Of a stretch of DNA of 64,000 nucleotides, positions 12,961 to 25,730 are shown in pieces. Below the pieces are notes generated by a model that was given only the letters and a program-made list of their open reading frames with translations, was not told where the DNA came from and did no database searches. Every line of letters starts with the position of its first letter. Position 1 is the first letter of the stretch. The stretch comes from Tubiluchus corallicola (lineage: Eukaryota; Animalia; Priapulida): positions 501,549 to 565,548 of the forward strand of contig JAQGDQ010000129.1 of the NCBI GenBank assembly GCA_030141605.1. The letters run 5' to 3'. The position numbers and the translations under genes were made by a program.

Positions 12961-15900
12961 CTCTCTAGTTTGTACCCATCCCTTTCCTTTCTCTCGCTCT
13001 GAACACCCCAAAAATTTCAAAGCATCACTACTCTTAGACACAAGTCATAACGTATGAATATTATTGGAAGTGAAATACTGCCTGCCTTTACACACTAAAC
13101 GCTTTTTTAATTTAGTCATTATATACCAGACAAAATAACATCCAAAAAATGTCTGAAACACGAATTCCAATGAAAATCTTACGTCATAATTCGTTCGGCT
13201 TTAAGTTTACCCTATGGACGTGTGCCAGAAAACTAATGCAATAACGAAGAGAATGGCGTCCTAATAGAGTCCGGAAATAAGATAAATTGATGATCTACAG
13301 TGCCGTGCCTTACTCTCTGAGTAGCTGGAGTTGAATAGAGTAAAGTAACTCATCAATCAATAATCCATATCTACACAAGTCTATTAACAGTGCTCCGTTA
13401 ATTCAAATTCCAACAAAAGGACGCCGCCGATACGCAACGGGAGAAGTTCGCCAAGTTACTTGATTTTAGCTACATAAGCCTACAAAACCAAAAACAACTC
13501 AGGAAAAAAAATAACAATATATCAGATAGCTCAAAAAATGCCGATTATTTGATAACAACTATAAGAAAAAACAACGGTCGCTTCAAAATTACCGCATTGA
13601 TCTTGTAGACATTATGTATGAACACTAAAAATTTCAAGTCATTCTTTTAGACGTTTTTCCAATTTTTAAAACAAGTAAAAAAATAAGTGCCCGACCCGAA
13701 ATAAAATTTACAGCGAGTCCTCTACATGTGTCAACAATTTTCACTGCAAACTAGATGAAAAAGTTTTTTCCAAAAGCTGACATGCAGTTTTTCAGTCCTG
13801 TAAGGAGTATTTGGTCCCAACACTCAACAATTTTTGCCTTTAGTTCCTCTGTATCGACTCTGTGCGGTACTTTAGACAGAAACAGCAGATATTTAATTTT
13901 ATCGGGTAATTCACACAATACCTACAGTGTCTACAAAAACATAATTGCATATATATATACTACAGTATACAAGCAATACAAAACATACTACATTAGTAAC
14001 AACACACTAATACAAGTTAAATACAATAATTTAAACTAGAGACAAAACATCAAACTTTGACATATAGACTCAATGGTATAACATGATATAAAATATACAT
14101 ACATGTATATACAAGATGGTACATACACATTTGACGTACATAGACGATATACATACATATAGTCAATAGGATTAAGTACCATTTTTTTCTTGAAAAAATC
14201 TTTATTGGCGATTTATTTTCGGTGGTGAAGATCGTGAAATAGAAAGAATAATTTCTCCATTGTTTTACTGCTACGTGTTGACTATTGAGCGCTTTATATG
14301 TCAACGTAGCAGCAACTAGCTGTTTTTCAGCTGATGATTAGGAGACATTGTTCTGGCATTAATTTTTTAACATGTAAAAGCTTTTCAAACATAACTAAAA
14401 AAACTATAAATTTGGAACTTTCACAGTCAAAAGTTAAAGTAGTATCATGCAATGAAATTTCCACTTTGTAGTACTCTGGCTTCTAATATTACTGTAGTCT
14501 GAACTTCGGCACATATTTTGCGCCACCCGACACAAGTGAAAACAAATTAAATGTGCTGAAGCTTCTACGCGCACTGCATGGGTATACAAAATATCAAAAC
14601 TCAAGCACATTAACACTTAGTACAGACCTACACGAAGTTTAAATCAAAATTCAAAACTCTCATCTATTCGCACTGAGTTATTAATTAATATTAACTACCC
14701 TGGTTTTGATATTTCAAGAATTACAAAATGTGTTTGGATAACTGAAACATCTACTACCACACATGGACTACGGCAAAGCCTATATGACAATTTCTTTCAC
14801 TCATCAATTTGATCAGAAGTGCAAACAAATCATTAACTAACTAAATTAGTTTTGTTCAGTTTGTTGGATCTGGTGTAATGACCTAGCTCCATGTTATCAA
14901 GCCGTCTTGTCTACTTTGATCTAGAAGTGGAAGTACCTAAGCAAAGCAAGTTCTATGCAGGTGTGGAAACCGCCTATTTCAGTATAATTATTAATTATCT
15001 GCAAATATTCTGATCCCAAAACACCTTTAGAATTAGTTGCTGTTCAAAATTAATTTTGTTATAAACAAAATCAGCATTTTGTGAGGTGACTTAATCATTA
15101 ACCCATAATCTTGACATTACATTATAATTCATTTAATTTAATTAATGATACATTCTTATCATTTTGCTTTTATTTTTAGAGTTTATCCCTTCGAAGAATA
15201 AAAGGTGACACGTGGATGAATGGTTTTATGTATTTTTGCTTCAAATATTCAACACTCGGCTTTTATTAAACCAGTGTGACTCGAGTATGTATGATAGTGA
15301 AAAAACCAAATTGAATCTAGGCAGCAAGAATTTAATAAATCAAAATTATTTTAACGTTTTCTCTCTGCTTCACACAAAAACACCAGAATTTACAAACTGT
15401 GTGATGCAGTAATACTCAGCAACAACCAAAATTAAATCAAACCCGAACAAACAAATATTTTATTGAGAATTTGATCACGCTCTCTTGTTAGTCTTTATAC
15501 CTCTTTGTTTTCCTCGGGGCTCCCAATGAAATTAATGTGACAAGCTAAGCTATAAGCTTCTCTTCCTGGATCAATAAAGTTCATTCAGTGGTTTACAGAT
15601 GTTGTGTAACACACAGAATCTTTCCCTATTGGTTTAATTCCCATAAATTTTCTTCATTATCGGAAACTTCGTATCGCCTTAACTCTTAACTAATTTATAA
15701 AACTGCAGCTTGCAGTATAGGAATTACGACGACAACTCTTGCCTACAATAAAATTTAAAAGCACGATTGCTTAATTATTGAGGAAAGATTTCAGAAATTA
15801 CATGAAACACGCATGCGGGTTGACGATTGAAGCCATGTTAGATTAACTAGCTAAACAAATTGGTCTCAGTAACAAGTCTTAGTAATGTGCAAGTATGCAT

Positions 15901-17676
15901 ACACATAAAAACTGTTGTGATTATTCAAATTACACAAGCTAATATGTCATAGTGATTAATGCTGACGATAAGCAAGAGCAGAACCTATCAGATACGCCCG
16001 TATACGACCTCAGCCCCACATCCATTTAGCAGCAATTTATCTAAAACAAAACCATTGGTTAAAACACAATGCATAATTGTGGTTTGTTAAATCAGATTGA
16101 GTAAAAATTTGCTTCACTTTGTTGTGAAGGGAAACGGTTGAGCGAAAAGACCTGGAGCGAAGTGGATCAGGAAGGGCGGGAATGGATTGGCTGTGCCGGA
16201 CCCTGGTTTAGCAGATTCGGTCATGCTGAATTTAGACGAGTTCGATTGAACTGTAGAGACTGGATTGTATCAAATAATATTTGGATTGCACTAAACTACA
16301 TTCGTGTTACTCTGCACTGACAGGACTCACGGGAGTAAACCGCGTTACAAAAACGATGATTGCTATTCTAAACTGCCCAGGCTGCTCCTTGATATTCATA
16401 TGAGGCTGTAATTAGTTTGATTTATTCCGACAATTATTGTTTTTGTTTTGCACGTACTATGTCGCAAGCAAGTGCAGAACCCCTCCATTTCCCCCAAATT
16501 AGAACACTCATTTTCGACCAGTTTCGGAAGTTGGGACAAAAAGCATAATCTCTATCTCTATCTAATATCAATCAAGGAAAATCATTATTTTTGCTTCTTA
16601 AAATATGCACCAAGCAACGTTCCCAAAACTAAATCTCCCGCCAGACCGAGCCACACCCAATGACATAACGTACTAGCAGTGTATTTTGCACAGTTGAGAA
16701 TTTATTCTTAAACAAAATTATCAAACCTATGTTACATATCACAATCTCTATCTCTCTCACCATCTTTACAACGAACAATGTCTTCTCGTCCAGAATCAGA
16801 AAAATTACAGGCTTCACAAACTAGGTGCATTAACTGCTTTATTCAATTCTATATGCCTGGCAAAAGCAGTTGTTGTCTATTCAACATATCAAGCAAGTTC
16901 TAACTCCGTTGCCCAATGTCATTTTCATCCAATATGTGCCTAAGTATTGGCGAAAGACAGCCCCAATAATGAGGGTTATGTAATAACCCATTATAATCAT
17001 TAAATTTATTCACTTCTACATATTACACAAGCTGGCCTGAAATTGAACCCACAACCTCTCGTAGAAAAAACGGACATATGTACTAGTCTGCTTCGTAAAC
17101 GTTGTGATAAGAGTTCAAGGTTTGCCAGACCTAATAGCCTACATCGGACGTGCACCAGCATTTCATTGCTTGGTTTCACCTATAATGGTTCTTTCAGGTT
17201 TTTATGTAAATGGTTAAGATGAAAACTTGCAATACTTGCCACTTGCCAGACTACTTACAGAAACTGTAAAGGATAGTAAACTGAAAGAATTAAAGTAGTA
17301 ATCGGCATCATAGGATGAAAGGCTCCACGCGCCGAGAAGCTATTTTGTGTAAACGCAAGCAGTGACAAAAATTGAGAACTGAATCCCGGAAAACCATTAA
17401 AGTTACGTATTAAAATTCTTATCAGCTTAAAAAATCGTTTTAAAACAATAACTTATGTGCAACTTCCAACACTTCAAACATGGCATACAAGTATAAGCAA
17501 AATTTGCTTGCTCAATGAAGACACAAAAAATAATTAGGTCTATAATACTATAAAGTCCAAATAAAAATGCCAGAACTTCGACTAATTTACTTCTTACCAG
17601 TATATTCAAAGCCATTTGCGCTGGTGTGTCCTTTTGCGTCCTGCATTTCTTCCTGAAGTTTCAAGTCATCGCTCAT
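6898..17676 (-). CDS. STOM: Stomatin / band 7 (SPFH/PHB domain) membrane protein, 8 coding exons per isoform, about 304 aa
   Basis: Exons (minus strand): 17676-17598 ([10 protein letters not shown]..., less certain), 12475-12375 ([28 protein letters not shown] hydrophobic hairpin), 12033-11961 ([24 protein letters not shown]), 10534-10452 OR 10400-10318, 8956-8753 ([19 protein letters not shown]...[12 protein letters not shown]), 8443-8388 ([13 protein letters not shown]), 8085-8007 ([26 protein letters not shown]), 7137-6898 ([11 protein letters not shown]...[26 protein letters not shown]). All introns are GT-AG and phases match; total 915 nt. Confidence 0.95.
10318..10400 (-). CDS. STOM: stomatin alternative exon 4b (83 nt): (G)[27 protein letters not shown]
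   Basis: Acceptor TTTCTAG, donor GAG|GTATAA, phase 1->0, open frame, matches the stomatin consensus. Confidence 0.92.
10452..10534 (-). CDS. STOM: stomatin alternative exon 4a (83 nt): (G)[27 protein letters not shown]
   Basis: Acceptor TCTTGCAG, donor GAG|GTACGT, phase 1->0, open frame, same length as 4b. Confidence 0.9.
10643..10990. mobile_element. degenerate hAT-like MITE in stomatin intron 3
   Basis: Ends ccgtaccggattaa ... ttaatccgactctg resemble CAGGGCCGGATTAA-type TIRs; the 8-bp flanks match only partly (acgcctac / aggcctgg). Confidence 0.45.
11586..11673 (-). pseudogene. probable decayed third copy of stomatin exon 4 (or 14-nt microexon 11673-11660)
   Basis: Acceptor TTTTCTCATTGCACTTGCTTAG, then (G)MFLVV in the correct phase; after 26 extra nt, [14 protein letters not shown] aligns without gaps to [14 protein letters not shown] (7/14). 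Confidence 0.5.
12858..12966. repeat. (CT)n / polypyrimidine microsatellite
   Basis: Direct reading; explains ORFs 12830-13057 and 12847-13041. Confidence 0.9.
13725..13875 (-). mobile_element. Tc1/mariner transposase C-terminal relic
   Basis: Minus-strand translation [35 protein letters not shown] resembles the Tc1-family tail (ELK..I...W..I....I.N...S...R). Confidence 0.5.
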
Positions 17677-20600
17677 TTCAGCTTTACAAATATAGTCAAT
17701 GTCATTTCGCACTCCTCAAACACACATTCACGTACACAGTTAAGTCAGTAAACTCATTTTAATCATAATTATTTAAGATGAACGTCGTGTGTTATAGTCA
17801 CGTGTAGGCTTACAATGGTATAAGCACTGTAACAATTTGTGTACACCAATAACCTCATGGAAGCACTGCGAAAGAAATTGAGTGAAGGCCTGAATCAATG
17901 AAAGAAGCAACGCATGGATACAGGATGATCTGTGCGTGCTACATTTTGGTAGCACACTGAAGCCACCTCTAGCTAAGGGATTGCGTCACGGTCACTATGG
18001 TAATACGTTCGACAAGTGCGCCGGCGGGGTTGCCGAACTAAAGTGCAAAGACTGAAATACTCAGTTTGGCAGTATAACAGTGAGATACTGGTACAGTTTA
18101 AACAACACAATTTAAAAGAATGAAATTAGGCGTGCCTTTATATAAACAAACATTTATAATGTATTACTATGAAATTCTTTTTAACCGTTTTTCTTCTCTG
18201 ATGAGGTTACCACTTTTTTAAATCTGGTACTTATAGGCACTAATGCAATAATACTCTATAGGTTTGTAAATACTAATAGTAATACAAATACGACGTAATT
18301 TAGTGTTACTATATGTTATATGATCATTAATGTGATGTACCTACACGACATTTAAAGAACAGCTCAACAACGCATTGTATTCAGAAAAGCTTTGGGGCAA
18401 TTAGGTAAAATTAAAAAAATGTGCTGACTTGTCTCTAATGTGAAAAAATGGTTTTGCATCTAATTATTTCTGTATAATTACTGGTATACATTTAGTCTAT
18501 TTTCTTCAATGGATAAAATTTTCTTACATTCTCATACACTCTTATAGTTTTTATTGTTTAAGCTACAAAAAAGTTGCTGTGTTATATACGTCTTGATCAT
18601 ATATACCTATATGATCCAGGTTATTATAATTTTACTGTCTAACTAGGGTAACGGTTCATTATTTTGTAAGAAGGTCATAATTATTTACGACTAATTATGT
18701 TTGCAGCATAATTTACAAGTAAACTGCATGGTAAAAAATATTAAGTTTGAACATTTAAGAAGGCTTATTATTTTCCTAATCGGAAAAAACTAACTTAAAA
18801 AGTTTTCCTGATACTCAGCACTGCGAATATAACTACATATACCTGGAAACGTAGTAGGAGGTCACGTGATCTTGGTATCCAATCGCCGTTTTTGTTACGT
18901 AATTAGTGCATAGTAGAAGAGGCAGAGTCACGGGCGGAGTTATAGCTTGTGTCTTTTACTTCGTACAAACTGTAATTAAATTTTTTGACTGGGGTCCACC
19001 TCATTCGAAGATGCTTTCTTGTTCCACAGACGTAATGACAAGAAAACGGGTAAAATGCTGGAAAGGGAGGATTTTTTGCATATGGTTTGTCCCGGTGGCC
19101 AGGGGTTTCAAAGAATAAACTATTAAAAAGAAAACGTAATGATATCACAATAAAAATGAAAAAATAGAGTGCACCATTAAAGTTCAAAATCCAAACTGAT
19201 GATGTGGTGTCGTTGCGCGTGTATGAAGAATTTGTGTGGTTGTATAAAGCCATCTACCAACCCATAAAGTCGTGTACCAGCAAAATTAGGCCTACGATGA
19301 ATAGTTGCGTGATGTAAGCAACTGTAGCAGCTATAGAAACACCAGAAGTAGTAGAAATAACAACATCGCCATGATATTTTCATTGGCATCATACCAACAA
19401 CACAAGTCAACAATAATAACTACAGCAAACAGCATCAGTGGGAGCAAGTAGTGCAAAACAATGCAGTTACTTCTATCATAATCATTTATCACCACTACCG
19501 TAATTAGCACAACCGCCTTCAGTCCCTTCAGCACCAACAGCAACAGCAAACAATAACGTCAATAAAACTATCCTTCCCATAACACCAAAAATAATTCAAC
19601 AAATCACTGAATAAATTTAAAAATTAAAAGCGTTGTCCCGGCTCTGTGCTCTGATATCAGATTATCAGTCTGATAATTGGCTCTTAGACATAGATTCACT
19701 ACAACTATCACTAACAAACACATCTTGTCAATGAATAATCAGATACTACACTGAACTGTTATGCCTGAATAATTGTCCTGAATAATGCCTTTTTCTGACA
19801 ATATACAAAATATTTCTAGGTTAAGAAAATTTCCCAAATTAAGAACACTGATTATCCCGGTTAATCACTGTTTTTATGACGTGACTAACCTAGCTTGGCA
19901 GTTTGATATGAATATTATTCAACTATTCAATTTTGCATAATAATTTTATCTTATTTTATTTTATTTTTATTGTTATTTTGTTTATACACAATCCACTAGC
20001 GGCGAACTATGTAGTGAATTCCACGACATGCGCAAATCAGGAGCGAGCACATTACATTGTGCTTCCATCTAGTAACTGTTTTCCAAACAATTCTGAAGTG
20101 ACATACAAGACATGCCTGCCATGCCTATCATACTGGACAACAAACATTAATTTTTATAACATCATTATGGAAAACTCTTAAATGGCGAGAGACAAATAGA
20201 AGTTAGAAGTATTACACGTTTAAAATATAAGAAAACAATAATATTAAAATATAAATGTTTTTAAATATTTTTTCATGAAGTTATTTAGTAACCTAATAAG
20301 TATAATTTTCAAAATATTTTTAGATATGAAGGATACATCAAAGAAACACTATCTAAGTAAAAGAAAAAAACAAATTGTTAAAAAAAGAGATGCTTATTCT
20401 GTAAAAATACAACTACCATACATGTAATACAATAAAACTCTTGAGATGTACAATGGTACAGTGGCATAAGCTAGTGATGCGATTGCCATGGTATTTATTA
20501 ACGTTATTCATCATAATCTAAGAGATTTAAAATCATTTAGAGAGCGCCACTAAAATTGCCAAATAACATGAATGTTTCACAATTCCAGCTCTTGCAAGAA

Positions 20601-23600
20601 ATGTTATACGTCTTAAGCATTAGAATAGAGATCTGTGACATTCACTTGCGCCACGACAGGGTTTTATTGCACTAAACAAGCTTGTCAGGACAGTGGCAGC
20701 TAGTACAAATTGGTACAATAATACCAACCAACTAATTACTATACAAACACAAACCTAGCTACTTTATGAACAGTTCTATTTATAGGTCAAGTGGCTTCCT
20801 ACTCCACCCAATCACCAACAAGCAGCAGTCAAGAGAAATATTGATCGAAGGGTAGCCTACAAATGAAACTGTATTGAAGATATATATATGGTGGAAAATT
20901 TACATCACCTGTATAAGGCGTGTAATATTGGATTGACCTTCTACAATAATCTACCATAAAATTAGAAAAGAAAGTAGTCAGTTCACGGCAGATCCACAAT
21001 AAGGAGGGTCCTCGCTTCGATATTACTGATACTGATTGCTTATTTAAGAACCCATGTTGTCCAAATAAAATTAACCTTATGCTTTGAAAATTAATATGAA
21101 TCAAGTACAATCTTGAAACATATGCACTTAACAAAGCCATGATGTAATAATTATGCAAAAAATCAAACTCAACGTAAAGCTAAATCCTTTCTTTATCCGA
21201 TATAGCTAGGCAGCAGTCCATTGCTTACCGAAAGATGAGCCTGCTGTTAAAATGGATTACAATCGACTAAATCTATAAACCCTGGGTTATGTTATGTGAT
21301 TTCCCACGGTTAGGCTATATTTATAAATGTATAAGTAACACATATTAGCAAAAAAAATAAAAATCTAATAAAAGAGAAATTTTTAAAATTTTAGTTTTTA
21401 CGTGAATTAATTTGAATGCATAATAGGCATTTCTCATTTTTCAGAAGGGATCTCAGTGATATGAAGTATACTCTGCTATAAAAGTTTAAACCGGCCAGGC
21501 TATAAGCTTTCATATGGCCTTATATTGGTCCGCCATGAGATTTATTTCTGGGATGTTTTGTCATTAGGCTTACGTGTCTTGCAATTAATCCGGATGATCA
21601 TATGGAAGCGTCTAGCGGAATCATTATATAGTTATCCTTCATTAGTGAATGAATACATCACCATAATTGAATTTCATATTAGCGACGTTACCGCTTTTGA
21701 GTCAATAATATAAAAGAAGCCATGTAGGAGATGATCCTGTTCCCATAGCAACGCTAATAAAGCCAGTTATCTGCGAATTAACTTTTTACAGTTAAACTGT
21801 CGCAAATTCACATGGGCTAAATAGAAAGCATGCTTACACTGCTAGTGGTGTTGATAAATCATTTCTGCGAGCTTCATTATCAGCGAACCCGTGTTTACAA
21901 GGAGTTTCAGAACTTCCTAGTGAATTATTACGTCTCTGTTAAGTGAAGCGCAAGACAGTATAGCATGTTTAATGGAAAATTCTCCGAATTATTCCGTTTT
22001 ATTCCCAGAATCTTCTGCTGCAGTCCGTTTAAATATCAAAATGCTCTATAAACTACTTCTGCAGAAATAATAATAGGTTAGTAGTCAATACAAAATAAAC
22101 ACGAATCACCCGTTTACTTTTGGGCGGATGTACGATCTCCTACCGTAAAATCCCAGTTCGAGATAATAAGCCCTAGGGGCCGAAGGTTGATTCAAGTATG
22201 GTCTACAAAACTTTTATTTTTTACGATGATTTAATGATGTAAATAAACTCGAAAAAATTCTGGATAGTATCGAAAGAGTTGTACGTTTACTCTTTTCATA
22301 GTCAAAGAGCCCTTGACGACTACTACATATCGTAGGTATGAGTCTGGCACATAACCCTATTAGTCCTGTCTGTTAGCCGAGAAAAGGGGACTGACTGGAT
22401 ACAGCTAGCAACTTTTCAATAATGATTCTTTAGGCCATTCTAACAGCGCTTTGGATATTTTTATATAAAATTTCACATTTTGGCCGCCTGTCCTGGTATA
22501 CTAAAAAGTCAAGAAAATTAATGGTCCTGCACTTTGGAGGCTTATAACTCCAAAAAGTACACAGATTGACGCTAACACTTCAGTACTATTAGGGACAAAT
22601 AGGAACATATATGGACTTTCATTTGGTGGTATGATTAGTGACCCAGGAACACACAAAGTGGCCAAACTACATCATCAGCACTGCTCTATCCATTTCACAA
22701 AATCAAATATTTGTACATTACTTGCAAGTGAAAGTTACTTTTAATTAATTTATTGTTTACAATAATTGTAATGTGTGAATTTTGTATTTCACTATGCATA
22801 AGTTCCTTCATTATATCCCACGTTTTTTGTATTATTTAATTTTTGACTGACATTAACCTTTACTTACAATACTATAGTTCTGTTTTAATTTTGTTTTATA
22901 TATGATCATTAGGCTACAAATATGCTTGCGCATGTGTTTCACTGCTGAAATCCATAATTATAAAATTGGGTGGTAACCTGTTAAATTTGTTAGAAAAATA
23001 CCGGATTTATATTTATAGTCTAGTACATTAATAAATATATTATCAATGGTAGTGTTGCTGAGCAAAGCGTGATTCCAGTGGTCTCATAATAGTTGAAAAC
23101 ACATAACTGGTCAGCACTGTCCCTAAAAAGTGTCCGGTTTTATTGTGAATTGTGTGAAGCATGGTTTGTTAAGTTTATATTATAGTCCTCTAGTAGAAAA
23201 ATATGTTTATTTTGTCTATATCAACAATTGTCATAGTGCTCTGTATTTTGTCTGTAAAATAATTAGGATTTTCACCTGACAGTCTATATATTACTACCAT
23301 CATTATATTTTAGCCTTATTTTGTAATTCAATGTAAAGTGATTCTATGTCTGGACCATTGATGTGGCAAATAGTAAATCTTTTCATACAAGTAAGCGAAC
23401 TCCTCCACCTGATTTGTGATTACAATTTATGCACACAAATTTATATCCAGGCAGGGAAAAAGTTACTCCTGAATCATTTGGTAGCCATGTTTCTGATATG
23501 GCAATAATTAAAAAACTTATAATTAATGATTCTAAATATGCATTTAAATAATCAAAAATTTAGTCTCAACCTACACAAGGATCATAGATAGTGGTGTACT

Positions 23601-24629
23601 ATAATCTAGGTTACTGTATAAAGCTGTGAACTGATCTTCATCCTAAATTTAATGCATTGAAAAAAAGAAACAGGATCTGCCATATTTGTGATATTATTGC
23701 TATCATTTCATTCAGTACAAGAAATCTTTAAGTTATAATCGCGCAAGGTGGAACCAATATTTGAATATGTTCAAATTATTCATCGTCTGGCATATTCTTG
23801 AATGGAAAAACAGACTGTGAGTAAGATGACAAAACCATTTATTATCATCTATGGCCAGCTCATCATAATCATTAATTGATAATGGTGAACATTTTAGATG
23901 AAACCACCTATAACAGTTATCACATTCAAGGGTGTCTTTTGATTGTGCTTAAAAGAAAACTGGACGATTGTGTAAACATTAATTCAGAAAAAAGAATGCT
24001 CTAAAATATTGAAAACTACAATAGCTTTTTTAAATCAAAGCTTAGATTAAATAATAATTACTTCGGATACTCAGATTTTGTTAAACTTTCAAAGCTACGC
24101 GCAGCTCAGTGAATCTACAAAGATTGGCAATGGCACCTTTTATTCACATGCGTGTAGCTGGCAAATAGAAGGTGGTACCGTCATAACCATCATCATGAAC
24201 TGCAGTGTTAGTTTCTGACATCATATGATGTAGAGTCCATTTTCGTGACATCACGCCTTTAATCAGTACTGTCACACTTACGCAAACATGCATGACGCGC
24301 AAGGGAGATGCCTGCCATTGCACAAACTGTGGTTAGTTTCTGACGTAAGCAGTAGCTATGTTTGGTTGCCGTTAATCAATTATTCAAATATAAGAAACAA
24401 TGGCTAACTTGTATAGGCAACAAAATGTATATTTTGGACAATAAATTAAAATGAGATTGCGTCCAAACAATCGTCCGGTTTTCCTTTAACGGGTTTAGGC
24501 AAAACATGAGAATACGGACATATGATGGATGTAGCCAATAATTATTAAAAATAAAACAAAAAATGCAAAGAAAAACGTCAAGAGAAAATGCAAAGAAAAA
24601 AGCAAAATTCAGGAGGACAGCCAAAAACA

Positions 24630-25730
24630 GGTATCCCAAAGAAAGGCTCATTAACTTCCTCATCACGAACATAATTTTCGACCACTTGATATCGTAGATA
24701 TGACACTGGGGTATTGTGACAGTGAGCGGTGCTGTTATAACACATCCCTCAAAAGCCCTGTAATTTCCTCATTATAAAGATGATTGTTAGCCACTGTATA
24801 ATATGTATCGGGAAGTCCAGTATGAATCTACAGATGACCATCCGTTTGCAATGGGAACTTGGTTTTCGGGGTGTACACTAAAAAAATAGGTACCCCAAAA
24901 GGTCTATAACTTCCTCATCACGAACATGATTTTCGACCCTGCATATCGACAAAAACAATAACTACCAGCCCGCTTGTGACAGAAGCGGAGCATTCACGGA
25001 TACAATGACTTTTGGGTTAAGATTCCAAATCTATTTGCCTCCAAATAGCTCTTGGAATAATTTCGAATGCTCAAATGTGTAGTTTGAGCAACAGTTTGAA
25101 GCTGACATTAAAACCTTATGGCCTATTCATTAGCGACTGTTTTCCAGTTATTAATGATAATATACGTAATGAATAAGTAATGAATAGTACCTTATTAAAT
25201 TACATAATTAAGCTTTGATCATGATATTGTTTATGCGAGATGTGAACAATTACTATGCATTATCTATGTGTGAACACAGTCATCCGCATCTTTCCATTTT
25301 ATTTTTTGTTGTAATTTTAGTAATTGTTAATAAATTTAAATAAAAAATAAAAACGTACTATTTAGTTTCCAACTGTAATTATTTTTGCTTTTTAGCCATT
25401 CGTCAGATATCTGTGCTTCAACTATCGGCACTACTGAGAAATTTGACAAATCTATGGAAACAACTCACGAGCAATTAGTGAAGTCAAAGTTATGAATTTC
25501 ATAGATAGTTATGAACCAGATTCCAAAGAAAAAGCTTTTAAGTAAGAATGCTGGATTCATACCTGTGATGGCCACGATACGATACGCAGTGGTAGAAAAT
25601 GATCTTACAGCGGTGCTATTTTGGGGTGCATCTCCTGAAAGCCTCGCTCCGATTGCAAACCGGTGGTCATTTGTGGAATGCCAGACTCATACTTACGATA
25701 CGCAGTGGTCGAAAATCGTTTTACTGATGA
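24630..25730. mobile_element. old non-autonomous DNA element with repeated subterminal motifs
   Basis: Direct repeat taacttcctcatcacgaacatRattttcgacc at 24652 and 24907, and two inverted copies of its core (gatacgcagtggt.gaaaat) near 25581 and 25697. Confidence 0.45.

Noticed and set aside
14883-14936. Possible extra stomatin exon bounded by AG/GT
   Set aside because: Stop codon in the required phase and a weak donor (GTCATT).
18843-19253. 116-aa ORF and a CAG|GTATAT donor as an alternative stomatin first exon
   Set aside because: No recognisable homology; in-frame TGA just before the donor in phase 1.
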